This document shows positions 1-12,273 of a stretch of 64,000 nucleotides of DNA, piece by piece. The notes beneath the pieces are model-generated. The model searched no databases. It was not told where the DNA came from and worked only from the letters and a program-made list of their open reading frames with translations. The position numbers and the translations under genes are program-made. This DNA comes from Azolla caroliniana (lineage: Eukaryota > Plantae > Polypodiophyta), in NCBI GenBank assembly GCA_043228905.1, contig JBHGNT010000004.1, forward strand, positions 124,001-188,000, written 5' to 3'. Positions within the stretch are counted from its first letter, which is position 1, and each line of letters begins with the position of its first letter.

Positions 1-308
1 GTAAGATGCATCCAATAAGTAAATAAATGAAGAACAAAGCAATAACATATATGGATTACGAGTGAAGAGGGATAGTAGAGCATATGAATTCTCTTTCATG
101 ATATGGTAAATGAGGAGAGAGAAAGTTCAATTTTTCATTAAAATGGTTGGATCACCACATTAACATTCAGGCAAGAAAGTAAAGTTAACGAGGGCCTAAA
201 ATGGTTTGTAATTTTTTTTACACGCGAGTCATATTTTCCAAAAACATAAATATGTATGAGAGGGTCGTCTATAAATTTCTTATTATGAAGTGCGGAAAAT
301 TAATGGCG

Positions 309-528
309 ACATGCAAAGACAACATGCTTGATTTAAGCACATAGTTCAAACTATTAAGAAACGCAAGGGAAGGAAGGAGACATAGGATTATTGGATTAAA
401 GACGAGATGTACCTTTTATGGACAACATGCAAAGACAACATGCTTGACTTAAGCATAATGTCTATACTATTAAGAAACTCGAGGGAAGGAAGCATACATA
501 GGATTATTGGATTAAAGATGAGATGTAC
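309..528. repeat. Diverged tandem duplication, ~116-bp period, 2 copies
   Basis: acatgcaaagacaacatgcttga...ggattattggattaaaga(c/t)gagatgtac occurs at 309-412 and 425-528. Confidence 0.85.
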
Positions 529-2811
529 ATGCATTACCACAAAAAGATGCCTAACAGAATAAAGCGATCAAATTTTGAATTAAATATTTAAGGAATCTAA
601 TGTAGTAAAGGGACACATCACTCCTCACATCCATATTTTTTCATGTAGAGAAATGACATCCAATGTCAAGGTGGTTATTTTTGTGGAGAGAAATGACAAA
701 ATGGATTAGCAATATGCGCCCCCTCGATGGTTGTTTCCTCCATAGGTGGAGGTTGGTTTCAATTATGACATAATGGGGGATATCTTACCCGCCACTAGAT
801 TGTATCATTATATGTCTTGTATACGCTTATTAGATTGGTAATGGAAACTATGGTGCAATTTTTAATTTTTTTTAAAAATGTCAAGGTGGTTATGGCCCTA
901 TGATCTTAGTTGATTGGAAGGTTGCCACTTGGCCCGTAATTCGTTAATTTAAACAAAGTTCCCTCCTTGTTGGCTTGTTATCTTTGCATGAGTTTGGTCA
1001 TGGGTTTATGCAATTTCATGTGAAGCATCATCATTGTGTTTTTGTTGCAAACCAACTAGTGATGCATGGCACAAACCTATTTGCCCCTCAATTTTTCTTT
1101 TGCTCTTTTTGAGTGAAAGAATATTTTATGAGATGAAGAGACAATTGACCAAGGACAAAGTGATCGGAAGTGTGTTGATGCCCAATACCCATGGTGCAAT
1201 ATGGCATTTGTACTCGCATTGAAAAATATGTGCAAACCACCTTCTCTCTTCTCACTCTTCTCCAAACTTAGGATCATCCCTCATGAAGTTATTGAGTCAA
1301 GGCCATAGGTATTGACTCAACACCCTCTCTCAATAGGTTCTAAACATGAAATGCGTGCTTGCAATAGGAAAACTACTCGTAAAAACCAAAGCACTATAGT
1401 ATTTTTACTTGGCATGGTGTGTTCTTTCTTACATTTAGGATATGTGGATTGTAGTCGCCCCCTTGCATCTCAATGTCACCATATGTTATCGCCATGAACT
1501 AGTTAGTGGTTCATTATTTTAATGCGTTCAAATAGGGGGTGTAAATGTCACACTAAGGCACGTGACACCGACACAATGTAAACCATTATATGTGAAATAG
1601 CCTCAAATATCCATTGTAGTAGCAAATGATATATGCAAATTTGTGATATTGGTGCATGTATTGGACACATCATGATAACTTTGATTATTCTATTGGTCAT
1701 GCAAACAAAGGTTTGTAGTGAGAGGATGAGTTGTGGTTCTTTCTAAGTTTACACTTTAGAGGGGATGATCATGTCAACTTTGGACATATGAACCCATAGT
1801 GGGAGATCAAGCTCGACAACATTGTAGTTCACCACACGAGATCGATTTTGGCCCTCTCAACATCTAGAGTAGGCTTCATTTTCAGATGTGTCTTGCATTG
1901 AAAACTCTTCTAATCACATCCGTTATTTCCATTGTAAAAATCCATGTACAACAACCAATATGACTCCCACATTCATTCTAAACACACACCAACATGCCTT
2001 TCATGTACTTGGTTGTCAATAATCTTGATGACGTCGTGATCATATGGTTAAAAAGTAATTGAAGTGAGAGAGACAGAGAGATTCAAATAAATTTAGTTTT
2101 TACATGTTATCTGCAATATGGAGATCTATTTTAAATAATAGTGGGAGGCATTTCCATGCCATTATTTCCAATGTAATAAATGTAGGCATTTTATGGGTAA
2201 GTATTTGCGCCATGCATCGCTGTCAATGGAGAATGGAGGCCTAGGAAGGATCCTTTGTGACAATCATCTCAAGACCAAGGGTTACCCCATTAGTCACAGT
2301 TTGCTTTCTAGAGTCGGGGTTTTGCATACATTGAATACATACCTGGGGTTTTTGTTCCTTAGATAGGTCTGTATGCCACAAAATGGCGCCACGGTGACGA
2401 CTTAGTGCCATGTGTCTCGAGATTAGTATGAGACACACGATAATGAGATGGGGTTTCATTTTTTGTCCAAAGATGGCATTGGGGCTACATTCGTAATTTT
2501 AGATAATTTGGGGCCTACTTTTCGAAACCTTCCTTATTCTGGATTTGAAAATAGAACAAAAATCCTAACGTGCCCACGACAACGCCTCCATCATGGCGCA
2601 GGCTCGCTCGCTCTCTCTGCGCTCACGTTCTTTGGCCATCATCCAAATCCCTGCATAAACCCTAAGTTTCTGCCCAACCCTAATTCCTCGCATTCACAAA
2701 CAGACAGAAACCAGAAAAACCCACCACCAAATCCGACACACTTCGATTCATCAATCTTGCATCCTTATGTTAAACCCTTAGCAATCCTTCTGCTTAACCC
2801 TAGCTCTGTAA

Positions 2812-4371
2812 ATGTCCGCCATGGCTTCCGTCAGATTCACGCTGATACTATTTCTGGCCCTTGCTTTGGGTTCTCTCATCTTCTTTTTCTGTTATCTTCA
2901 TGGTCAACCAAACCTGCTAGCCTTCTCTGCCGCCTCTGCAGCGTGTCAGTTTCACGCCAAATCACCGCCGGGATCTCGTTCTAATCCTTTCCCTGGAGAC
3001 TTACGAGCTTTGCCGTTCGCTTGGAATATTCTAGGCCTCGGATGGACGGCCGGATTCGCACCACCTCCCGCCCAATATCTGCACATAGCATTGTTCGTGA
3101 AGAAATGGCCATTCCGGTCGTCCAGTCCCGGAGGGTTAGAGAGACATGCATTCGTTTTACACACATTGTTGGCCAGGCGCGGACACACCGTCCATGTCTT
3201 CTCGACCACAGCCTCGTCTGAAATGGACAGTCGCCACAACAAGGCCCGGGCTGAGGCCGACATCCGGGAATGGGCAGACAAAGGATTGTTTTTGCACTTG
3301 TTTTCTCGTCCTGATGGTTCGGGGAAGATGGATATCGAAGCCGCATGGGCGGAATTTGTCCAGCTCAATTCTACGCGCCCATTCGACATTGTCCATAGTG
3401 AAAGTGTAGCTTTGCCCCCAGATCGTGCTAAATCCTTGGGACCCAGCACCGTCGTCTCATGGCATGGAATCTCGTATGAGATTATCTACTCCGACATCAT
3501 CCGTGATGTTACTCGAGCCCCAGGAGAGGTCCGTGCACCCGATTTACTAAAATCGCTAACCGAGCGCACATTTCGTGTGGCCGAGGAGGTCAAATTCTTC
3601 CCTAGCTATGCTCACCATGTAGCAACAAGCGATCACGTCGGTGATGTGTTGCAAAACATATACCAGATTGGGGCTGAGAATGTTCACATTATCTTGAATG
3701 GGGTGGATGAGCGACAGTTCCGCCCCAACCCAGTGGCAGGAGCAACGTTTCGTACAGTTCTCGGATTGAGTGGGACTAATCAACAACAACTTGTGTTGGG
3801 TGCAGCTGGAAGGTTGGTCAAAGATAAGGGCTACCCGTTGCTCTTCGAGGCATTCTCGGAAATTCTAGCTGAGGCCCCGCATACACGCCTCCTCTTAGCT
3901 GGGGATGGCCCTTGGGCAGTCCGTTTCAAACGCCTCGCACCCGCTAATGTCATGGTTTTGGGCATCCTCTCCCCCGCCCAGTTGGCTGACTTTTATAATG
4001 CCATTGATATCTTTGTCAATCCAACTCTTCGTTCACAAGGGCTTGATCACACACTTCTCGAGGCAATGCTGTGTGGAAAGCCATTGCTTGCTACCCGATT
4101 CGCAAGCATCACAAAGTCAATCATTGTGAAGGAAGGGGCAAGGGGAGAGGAAGAAATAAGTTATACATTTTCACCAACTGATGCCCCCGCCTCTCTTACA
4201 GCCGCCCTTCGGCTCGTGATCCATCATCATGCCTCTGGCCAACTCCAACGTAAGGGTCAGCTATGCTTCCAGCGTGCATCCAAGCTTTTCACCGCCACAA
4301 GAATGGCTGCCTCTTATGAGCGCCTCTTCCTCTGCATCACCAATTCCAGCAATTGCCTCTACCCACCATAA
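2812..4371 (+). CDS. GT4-family (GT-B fold) glycosyltransferase, type II membrane anchored, intronless
   Basis: 519-aa ATG ORF. N-terminal TM segment; motifs IALFVKKWP..PGGLERHA, FDIVHSES, AAGRLVKDKG, DIFVNPTLRSQGLDHTLLEAMLCGKPLLA typical of plant Glyco_transf_4/Glycos_transf_1 proteins. Confidence 0.9.
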   Translation: MSAMASVRFTLILFLALALGSLIFFFCYLHGQPNLLAFSAASAACQFHAKSPPGSRSNPFPGDLRALPFAWNILGLGWTAGFAPPPAQYLHIALFVKKWPFRSSSPGGLERHAFVLHTLLARRGHTVHVFSTTASSEMDSRHNKARAEADIREWADKGLFLHLFSRPDGSGKMDIEAAWAEFVQLNSTRPFDIVHSESVALPPDRAKSLGPSTVVSWHGISYEIIYSDIIRDVTRAPGEVRAPDLLKSLTERTFRVAEEVKFFPSYAHHVATSDHVGDVLQNIYQIGAENVHIILNGVDERQFRPNPVAGATFRTVLGLSGTNQQQLVLGAAGRLVKDKGYPLLFEAFSEILAEAPHTRLLLAGDGPWAVRFKRLAPANVMVLGILSPAQLADFYNAIDIFVNPTLRSQGLDHTLLEAMLCGKPLLATRFASITKSIIVKEGARGEEEISYTFSPTDAPASLTAALRLVIHHHASGQLQRKGQLCFQRASKLFTATRMAASYERLFLCITNSSNCLYPP

Positions 4372-4917
4372 CATACACATACATCACCATAACTAATTGC
4401 CCCTATCCACAATCACTAATTCTTCATCATCAGATTGATTTTTCTGGTGTAACTACACTGTACTATTTGCATTGCCCATAACAGCCAGGTAGAAAGGGAA
4501 TTGTTTCCTGGGTTACTAATGGTTCAAACTTTCTTGGTTGTGATAAGTCACACTTGGGAGAAAAAGAGAAAGTTTCCTTAAAGTCCTCAACCTTTGTAAG
4601 GAGGGGATTGCAAGAGGTTTACAGCTTAAGTTTGTCAAACAGAAAGTGTGAAGATTAGTATACTCTTAGAGAGTGAGTGAGAGAAGTTCATTCTTCCTAT
4701 TATTGCATTTAACCAATTTAATTTTCCAATTTTTTGACATATGGTCATCAAGGTTGTTCTTTCTATTACTTGCTTAACCTATTACTTATGCTAATTGGTA
4801 TGGAGCGGCCACCAATGATGTTCTTGGATTTGGTTTATTGTTAATTTTATTGCAATGATGCATCTTGGAGGTCGGTTAATTGTAACCATCATATTCATAG
4901 TTTGTTAGCATCATATA

Positions 4918-7083
4918 TTATAAATGGCAATGGAACTCCCCTTGCATACTAGTATCTGCATATATGTTACTCATGCAAATATATGTAGAAGCATCATTGC
5001 CATCCAACTCCATACAGTGCTCAAAGACCCATTTGGCAACACTCAAATTGACCCACCTTAGGCTCGCACCTAACAGAACCCACCACAATCTACGGCGATC
5101 TGAAGTTGGAATGGTCTCGATCAAAATTATAGCCTTGTTAAAGCATCCAGCCCGGCTCAACAAATCAACCAGGCTGGTGTAATGTTCTAATTTTGGAGCT
5201 AAGGAATAATTAGTGTTCATAGTATCTAAACACATCTGCCCTTCATCCACTAAACCTGCATAACTGCATGCAGTCAGCAACAAAACAAATGTTATCACAT
5301 TTGGAACTATCCCTTCCGCCATCATTTCAGTGAATGAGATGAAAACTCTATTTACATGACCAATCTGAGCATACCCAGTAATAAGTGCATTCCATGAGTG
5401 ATTGTCCCTTTCAGGAAGCTTTTCAAACATTTCTTGTGCCATTGAAAAGAACCCACACTTAAAATACATATCCACCAATGCATTCCCGAGTGTAATGCTA
5501 TGTTCCAATAACCCTCTCATGATGATCTCGGCATGTACCTCTTGCCCTTGCTTGGCTGACCCTATGCAGCCACTAGCACTCAAAACCAAAGCAAATGTGC
5601 TTGAGCTTGGAGAAAGGCAGTCATATCGCATTTGTTGAAAGCAATTCAAAGCTTCATCATTGAGTCCGTTTTGTGCATATCCAGCAATGAGGGCATTCCA
5701 GGAGATGCTATCGTGTATCGCAATCTCATCAAACACTTGTCGTGCTTTCAAAAGGGATCCACACTTGGCATACATGTAGACTAATGCTGTGTGGAGTGCA
5801 ACATCTTTAGTTAAAAGTAACCCTTTCTTTCGGACCTCGGCATGTATCTCTTCTCCTTTCTCAATGAGTCCATTGTTACCACAAGATTTTAGGATGCAAC
5901 AAAATGTGACTGCGTCAGGTTGGACGCCCTCATCCTGCATCCTTTCATAGCATTTTAAAGTTTCGTCATCCAGTCCATGTTGGCCATACCCACACAATAA
6001 TGTGGTCCAAGAGACCACATCTCTTCTCGCAAGCTCATCAAATGCTTCTTTTGCCTTTGTGAGCATACCACACTTGATATACATGTCAACTAATGAATTG
6101 CCGAGGACAATACTGCTCCTCAGCAATCCCCTTTTGCTTATCTCGGCGTGTATCTCTTCTCCCTTCTCAACCAATCCTATACTTCCACAAGCTTTCAAGA
6201 GGCAAGCAAATGTAACCTCATTAGGGACTAGGCTAGTTTCTTTGTGCATCTTGTTAAAACACTCTAAAGCTTCATTTCCGCAACCAAACTCTGCATACCC
6301 GGCAATCAATGCATTCCAAGTAACTACATTCCGAACCAAAAGATGATCAAAAACTTTCCGAGCTTTAACAAGAAACCCACATTTGGCATACATATCCACT
6401 AATGAAGTGCCAAGGACCACATCGTGGTCTAATAGCCCCTTCTTCTGAATAACATCATAGATCTCTTCTCCCAGACCAACAGAACCAACGCATCCACAAG
6501 CCTTCAAAATACATGAAAATGTAACCGCATTTGGCAAGAGGCCCTCAGCTCGCATATTTGAAAAGAGGGATAGCGCTTCGTTTTCAAGACCTTTTTTGTG
6601 AGCATAAGAAGATATCATAGCGTTCCATGAAACCACATCCTGTGCCGGGATTAGTTGTTTGAAGACTTTCCTTGCTTTCTCTACCTCACCACATCTTGTA
6701 TACATCCCAATTAGTGAAGTGCTGAGATATATGTCTTTCCTGAATAGGCCTCTTTGAATTATCTCCGCGTGTATATACCTGCCTTTGGGAAGATTCCTCT
6801 CTTTACCACAATCTTTGATCATGACTTTCAAAAGAGACACAGGGTTGGCGTTTTCTTGTTGTCCTTTCTTGAGCACTTTCTTGTCTTTTCCATGAGATTT
6901 GATGGATTTTGGGGACCATTTTTTCGGATCTTTCTTGCAGAAATACAGATTCCAGGAAAGGCCCCTCTTCTGTTCGATCTGTAATGGATGAAGTCTTTCT
7001 GATGGAAAACCATGACCGGAGACAGTCGCCTGTCGGCTCGTATCACTGAAGAAATACAAACCTGCATCCCTGCAACATGCCAT
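4918..7083 (-). CDS. PLS-class pentatricopeptide repeat protein ending in E1 plus partial E2 (no DYW); candidate organellar RNA-editing factor
   Basis: About five S-P-L triplets (LVDMYAKCG / VVSWNALI / PNxVTF), then P2-L2-S2 (PKLEHYTSLVDLLSRAG), E1, and STYICMSNIY shortly before the stop. Start placed at ATG 7083 (MACCR); in-frame ATGs near 7230-7236 are alternatives. Confidence 0.88.
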   Translation of the reverse strand: MACCRDAGLYFFSDTSRQATVSGHGFPSERLHPLQIEQKRGLSWNLYFCKKDPKKWSPKSIKSHGKDKKVLKKGQQENANPVSLLKVMIKDCGKERNLPKGRYIHAEIIQRGLFRKDIYLSTSLIGMYTRCGEVEKARKVFKQLIPAQDVVSWNAMISSYAHKKGLENEALSLFSNMRAEGLLPNAVTFSCILKACGCVGSVGLGEEIYDVIQKKGLLDHDVVLGTSLVDMYAKCGFLVKARKVFDHLLVRNVVTWNALIAGYAEFGCGNEALECFNKMHKETSLVPNEVTFACLLKACGSIGLVEKGEEIHAEISKRGLLRSSIVLGNSLVDMYIKCGMLTKAKEAFDELARRDVVSWTTLLCGYGQHGLDDETLKCYERMQDEGVQPDAVTFCCILKSCGNNGLIEKGEEIHAEVRKKGLLLTKDVALHTALVYMYAKCGSLLKARQVFDEIAIHDSISWNALIAGYAQNGLNDEALNCFQQMRYDCLSPSSSTFALVLSASGCIGSAKQGQEVHAEIIMRGLLEHSITLGNALVDMYFKCGFFSMAQEMFEKLPERDNHSWNALITGYAQIGHVNRVFISFTEMMAEGIVPNVITFVLLLTACSYAGLVDEGQMCLDTMNTNYSLAPKLEHYTSLVDLLSRAGCFNKAIILIETIPTSDRRRLWWVLLGASLRWVNLSVAKWVFEHCMELDGNDASTYICMSNIYADTSMQGEFHCHL

Positions 7084-7932
7084 TCCTCTCGTTGGAAAGC
7101 ATGTATGAATGATAATAACATATTTCTCCTTCACTTGTCTGTGTGTGTTCTCCAAGCAGCTAAGAGGATGATAGTAGCATAGTATGAACCATACGTACCA
7201 TACGCGAATGCTATCGTGTGTTTCAACCATTCGCATAAGAAAAACAAACACCCTCAAAGAATGATAAATACCATACTTTTGGATTAACTATTTATTATGA
7301 GGTAAATAAGCCTAAAATTTTGAAACAAAACCAAAAGAAAACATTAAAAAATAAGAAAAAAAGCAAAAAGAAAATTCGATAGATCAGACATATATGGTCA
7401 TTGAGTTTTAAGCAATAACTTTTGTTTTTCAAGTTGTATGTACTATATCTTATGACCACATACATCATCAGAAGCATGGCATGGATGTACCCAAACCCAA
7501 ATCCCTCCTTTATATGACACCCCTTTGTTTACAAAGAAGTATATGAAAACAAGAATTTCAAATCACGCCTCCTATTGAAGTCGCATGATATAGTTACCTC
7601 TATATCATGTTAACCTATCAAGAGCTAGAAACAACATTATTGTGACCATTGTGCCTCAATTCTTGAATTGCATGTATTCTGGCCCATTTTTGTGGTTGCA
7701 AGAGCGGCCCATCCAAACTCTTGATAAGAGTAAAAGTTCGTAAGGTTAAGGATAATTGAGGTTAGGAGTTCGAGAGTGCTTGACAACTACTCTTGCCTGA
7801 CTCGCCATTAATAGGGTATACAATGATCCAGACCCCTTGACCTATGATATCTGTGAAGGCAAAACTTTGTTTCATTCAATGTTGTGCACTCAATTAGTAC
7901 ATTTAGAGCCAACATGTCTTTTTTGGCACTAC

Positions 7933-8407
7933 TACCAAGGACATGAGCGTTAGAGTTGAATCCTAATGTAATCATATGACAAGGAAATAACAGATAGATA
8001 GATAAGATAGGAGAGAGAAGGAAGGGTGCAAATCCATCCGACCACCCCCGAGCGGAGAGATCGAGACGGAGTTGAGCTTCGATCGGCATCCCATACCACC
8101 GCCTTGGCATCAAGTCATACCTGGTACTGGCGCACTTGCTACACGATTTTTATCACCATGAGATCATAGTCTCGATATAGTTGAATTCATGATGTCTCTA
8201 ACGAGGGTAGTTAGGCCTCATATTTATAGTTAGACCAAAGGCGCCCAAGGAAATTCATGCTTGGCCCTTATGGGTTGTCTCAATTCTTAGGATTAAAAGT
8301 AATCATCCCTTCTTTAGACTTGCGTTTAACCCTCACACTTTATCCATGTGTTTAGAATACTACGATACAAACTTACCACATGCTAAATTATGGTCATGCC
8401 CATAGCA
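7933..8407 (-). mobile_element. Solo LTR, family A, copy 1 (decayed ends)
   Basis: Colinear with 41876-42298 and with the reverse complement of 29230-29684 (shared ggattaaaagtaatc, aaccctcacact, agaatacta, tggtcatgc). No TSD recognisable. Confidence 0.7.
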
Positions 8408-8488
8408 ATGAGGGCAAGTCTTGACATAGGGTTAAGATTATGGCACATGGAATTTATGAGGTTTTAGGATGATCAAAGAAATATAAGA

Positions 8489-8625
8489 ATGAGAGAGAGA
8501 GAGTGTGTGCGTGTGTGTGTGTGTTTGCGAGTAACATCATCATCATCACCACCACCATCCACAACAACAACATCAACACCAACGTCGTTGTTGTCATCGT
8601 CATCGTCAACAACATCATCATCATT
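8489..8625. repeat. Compound microsatellite/low-complexity tract: (GA)n(GT)n then CAT/CAC/AAC triplets
   Basis: Directly visible simple repeats. Confidence 0.85.
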
Positions 8626-11600
8626 GTCAAAAACAAGGGAACATGAAAGAGTTTTTTCCTAGCTCACCACCCCACCTCAAATTTTAACATCTCCAATGTC
8701 AATTGTAGCCCCACGTTGACACCCCACCGGTTCATTCTACCATACCATCCTCGTTTCTTTCCTCACTCTCCCCCTCTCCCTCTCTCTCCCCTACCCCCAA
8801 CAACATCCCCATAAATCTTCTTTATATTATTGAAAATGTTATTTATCGAATAAAATGTTAATTATATCAAGTTAATGATGAGGTGTTAAAAACTAGTGAT
8901 TTGGAATGTATTATACTAGGTTAAAGTCTCAAACAAGGTATGTTGTCATGTCTCTATAAAAACTCTTAGTTTGAGAGGACACACAAGCAACAAATCACTC
9001 CCAAAAATGGCTTTCAACATTGATGGCACTTTTCCCACAAATACGAGTGTAGAATGATACATCACAATTCACCACTTTGGCATTATGAAGTCCATATCAA
9101 TAATACATTCTCATGAGGTTTCAAAATATGACATTGGACATCTATTTCTCTATTTCAATTTCCACCTCATAAACATAACTACGCTTTGATATAAGGCTAT
9201 GAAAACATTTTTTGGGACTTTTAGCGATTTCCCTAATGGCCCTCAAGTCAATTGATGTCACAACTTACCATGTCTACTAATTTGGATATTCACATTTTCC
9301 TTCATGATTATTTATTTCATACATTACAATTTATAAATATCATTCATTGCAAATTGGTTGCATAATTCTCCCTTTCTACTCATCATTTTCCATAATGTGC
9401 TACATTCCTCGTGTGTTATATATAGATCACTCATTACTTTCACAAATTGACATTCGGGTATATAGGGAAAGAACACATGATTATCTTGATCAAGGCAAAC
9501 ATTGTTTTTCAATTGGTGTACGACGACTACCTCAATTTTTATGAACAACCTTTACCAACCAACAATACACACTTTATCAAACTTTTTCTCTCTTTCTATA
9601 GATCTTTGATATTTGTTTACGATGCCAAGAGGATGCATGCACACATGTGTTTTGATCTCTAGTAGACATGAAAAAGGGTTCTCCCTCTCTTAATGTCCCG
9701 ACTCCCCACATAACATTAAAGTTGGTTGATTATATGGAATTACTAAAAGTTCAATGTATGTATATTTTTTATCCTATGAGCAATGATGCACGTAAATAAG
9801 TTGTATAAAGGGATTTCATTAAAGTAATTGAATGTTGTTTTCTTGTCTATATGTTACCCAATTAATTTCTATGATTTATAGGGCTAACCAATTGTATTGA
9901 TCAAGGAAAATCGTGAGGTATTGTGTCAAATGGCCATAACATTGGTCTTTATATTGTTACCATGGAGTTATTATTTCCTAGTACGACGTTAACTTGATAG
10001 CAAGGAGTGGGTACCAACAAATGCAATGTGACAAGGTTGTGTGCATGTTCAGACATATATTTATGTGTGGATAAAGACAAATAACAATATTTCACTTACT
10101 TTTAACTTATTAATTCGTAAACACTCCATTATTATTTGACTGCAACTAACATTCAGACCTAAATTACATCAAATTTGTGCCTTGCACAATAACGTATACT
10201 ACTATAGGCGATACCACTTCAGATTTATAAATAAAGAAACAATAAAAATAAATAAGCATAAAAATATAGAGAGTCAATATATATACATATACACACACAT
10301 GTATGTATGTATGTATATATATATATATATATATATATAATCTATAAAAGAAGAAAAAGAAGAAAAAATGAAAAATATACAAAAAACAACCGATGGGTAT
10401 ATAAATACATCTAGAGATGAGAATCTCTAAATTACTAAATAAAGAGATGAGACAATGTGAGTATGGATGGGATCGAAGGCAACATTAACAAAGCTTGAAA
10501 GTAGGTCAATGCTCATTTGTAAGAAATTGAAGAAGAATTGAGCATATGTTTTCAATGTGATGCCATCACACATACCATGCCATCAACAAAGAGATCAAGA
10601 GATCAATGACCTTGCCAATATGCCATTGGACATCAGGTCGCTTACCATGTTAGACAATCCCTATTATTGAATAAAAGACACAGATCCACGAGGTGTTAGG
10701 ATGCCTTAACTCCTTCCATGTTGTTTGGCCCCTATTTACTAAATACGAACTATTGTGCATGTTGTTAAATGGAAAATGTGTATTTGTTTTGATGGACAAC
10801 ATTGTGCATAAATGCATTGCATTCCAAATTGTACACATTGCGAGCACTAGAAAGCAGACAAGCACATATAGTTGTATTTGTGGTTTCCCTTCCATTTGTT
10901 AGAGTAAAACAATCACCTCCGTGGCAATTTAAGATTCACAAATTCTTAGTGGCATTACATTCCGCCCCTTATACAATCAACTTCAATGCTTTCCATATCC
11001 AATCACATGATTTCTCTAAAGGAAGTTATGAAAAATTCATAATGAATGAATTGTTGAATCCATGCATAAAGGTCGCTAGTAGGATGACTATGTATCTTAC
11101 ATGTTGATAGTGACAACACTTCCACATGTAATGTATTTTATTATAATTCAACAATGTATACTTTTGAATAAAAAGTTTGAAGTTGTTAATGGTACACTTT
11201 TGACATGGCTAATGCATATTATGCACATAAAAATCATTAACAATCGGGCAATCCCCATCCCACATGGCAACATGCATTGGACATAGGTTACAATATTATC
11301 TACCATTAGACTTGTGAGTACATTGGCTTGCACATCACTAAATTTGTCAAAGGCAAGAATTGGGTTGATGTTTTAAATCAACCAATTGGCCTACCATTAC
11401 ACATTGTGATTTGTCATTTTCCAATTCAACCATTGCACACATGAGTCAACTTCATGAAACCTTAAAATTTGTTTGGTTTGTTGGACAATAATTGCACACA
11501 TCATTATATTGTACTCACTTCCCTTGATTCTGATCACAAGAAAGAGTGACGGTTTAGGAAAAGGTATTTGATAGCAATAAGATATGTTATTTGTGTTGAA

Positions 11601-12273
11601 TTTGTTAGTTACAATTTTATTATGATAATTACATGATTGATAGTGTTATTTGTTAGAACTTGGTCACTATTTGCAACTTTATTGATCATTTCCACAAGTT
11701 TAATATGTATGTTATTCCATCCACTACTAGAATTTCTACCCTCCATGTTCCTAGACGACAAGAAGTGCAAAACCATATCTTAATCATGCAAATTGACAAC
11801 ATACTAGAATTATCGTGTCAAATGATCATTCCTCCTTTCCAAATGATATCGCCGAAATGTTGCGACAATGTCCGATGAAACATTTGAAGCAATATATTAT
11901 CAACTTCAACACCTCAAAATGTTTAGTTCATGCACAATGATTTGCCTTGCACGATTCAAACATGTTGCCACTTTGCCTCTTACATGGATCCAACTACCAT
12001 ATGGTAACCTTGAATTGATATATGACTTTGTTATCAACCTAAATACGACTTTTGTTATGCCACAAAAATTCACTCCACTAATAACAAAGTGCAACTCCAT
12101 ATGCCTCTTTCGTTAAACCATTTACCACTCAATCAACAACTTATATGACATTAAAAATAAACTATGAGAAAGCCCAATTGTCCAATCCAGTGCATGCGAT
12201 TGCCCGACATTTGAACTCAATTGGTTCCCAAACTAAAACTTAGAAGAACATGGAACCTAATGAATGAGGTAAT

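Noticed and set aside
2411-2437. Hairpin TGTGTCTC...GAGACACA as a Helitron end or small RNA
   Set aside because: Stem only 8 bp, with no adjacent CTRR terminus or other support.
2448-3449. Overlapping and antisense ORFs around the GT4 gene
   Set aside because: No recognisable domains; shadows of a GC-richer coding region.
7084-7257. N-terminal extension of the PPR ORF as listed in the track
   Set aside because: The track start is TTG; the true start is an ATG further in and cannot be fixed without transcripts.
8454-8636. Low-complexity ORFs (also 10164-10382, 15654-15887, 31758-32000)
   Set aside because: Translations of microsatellites.
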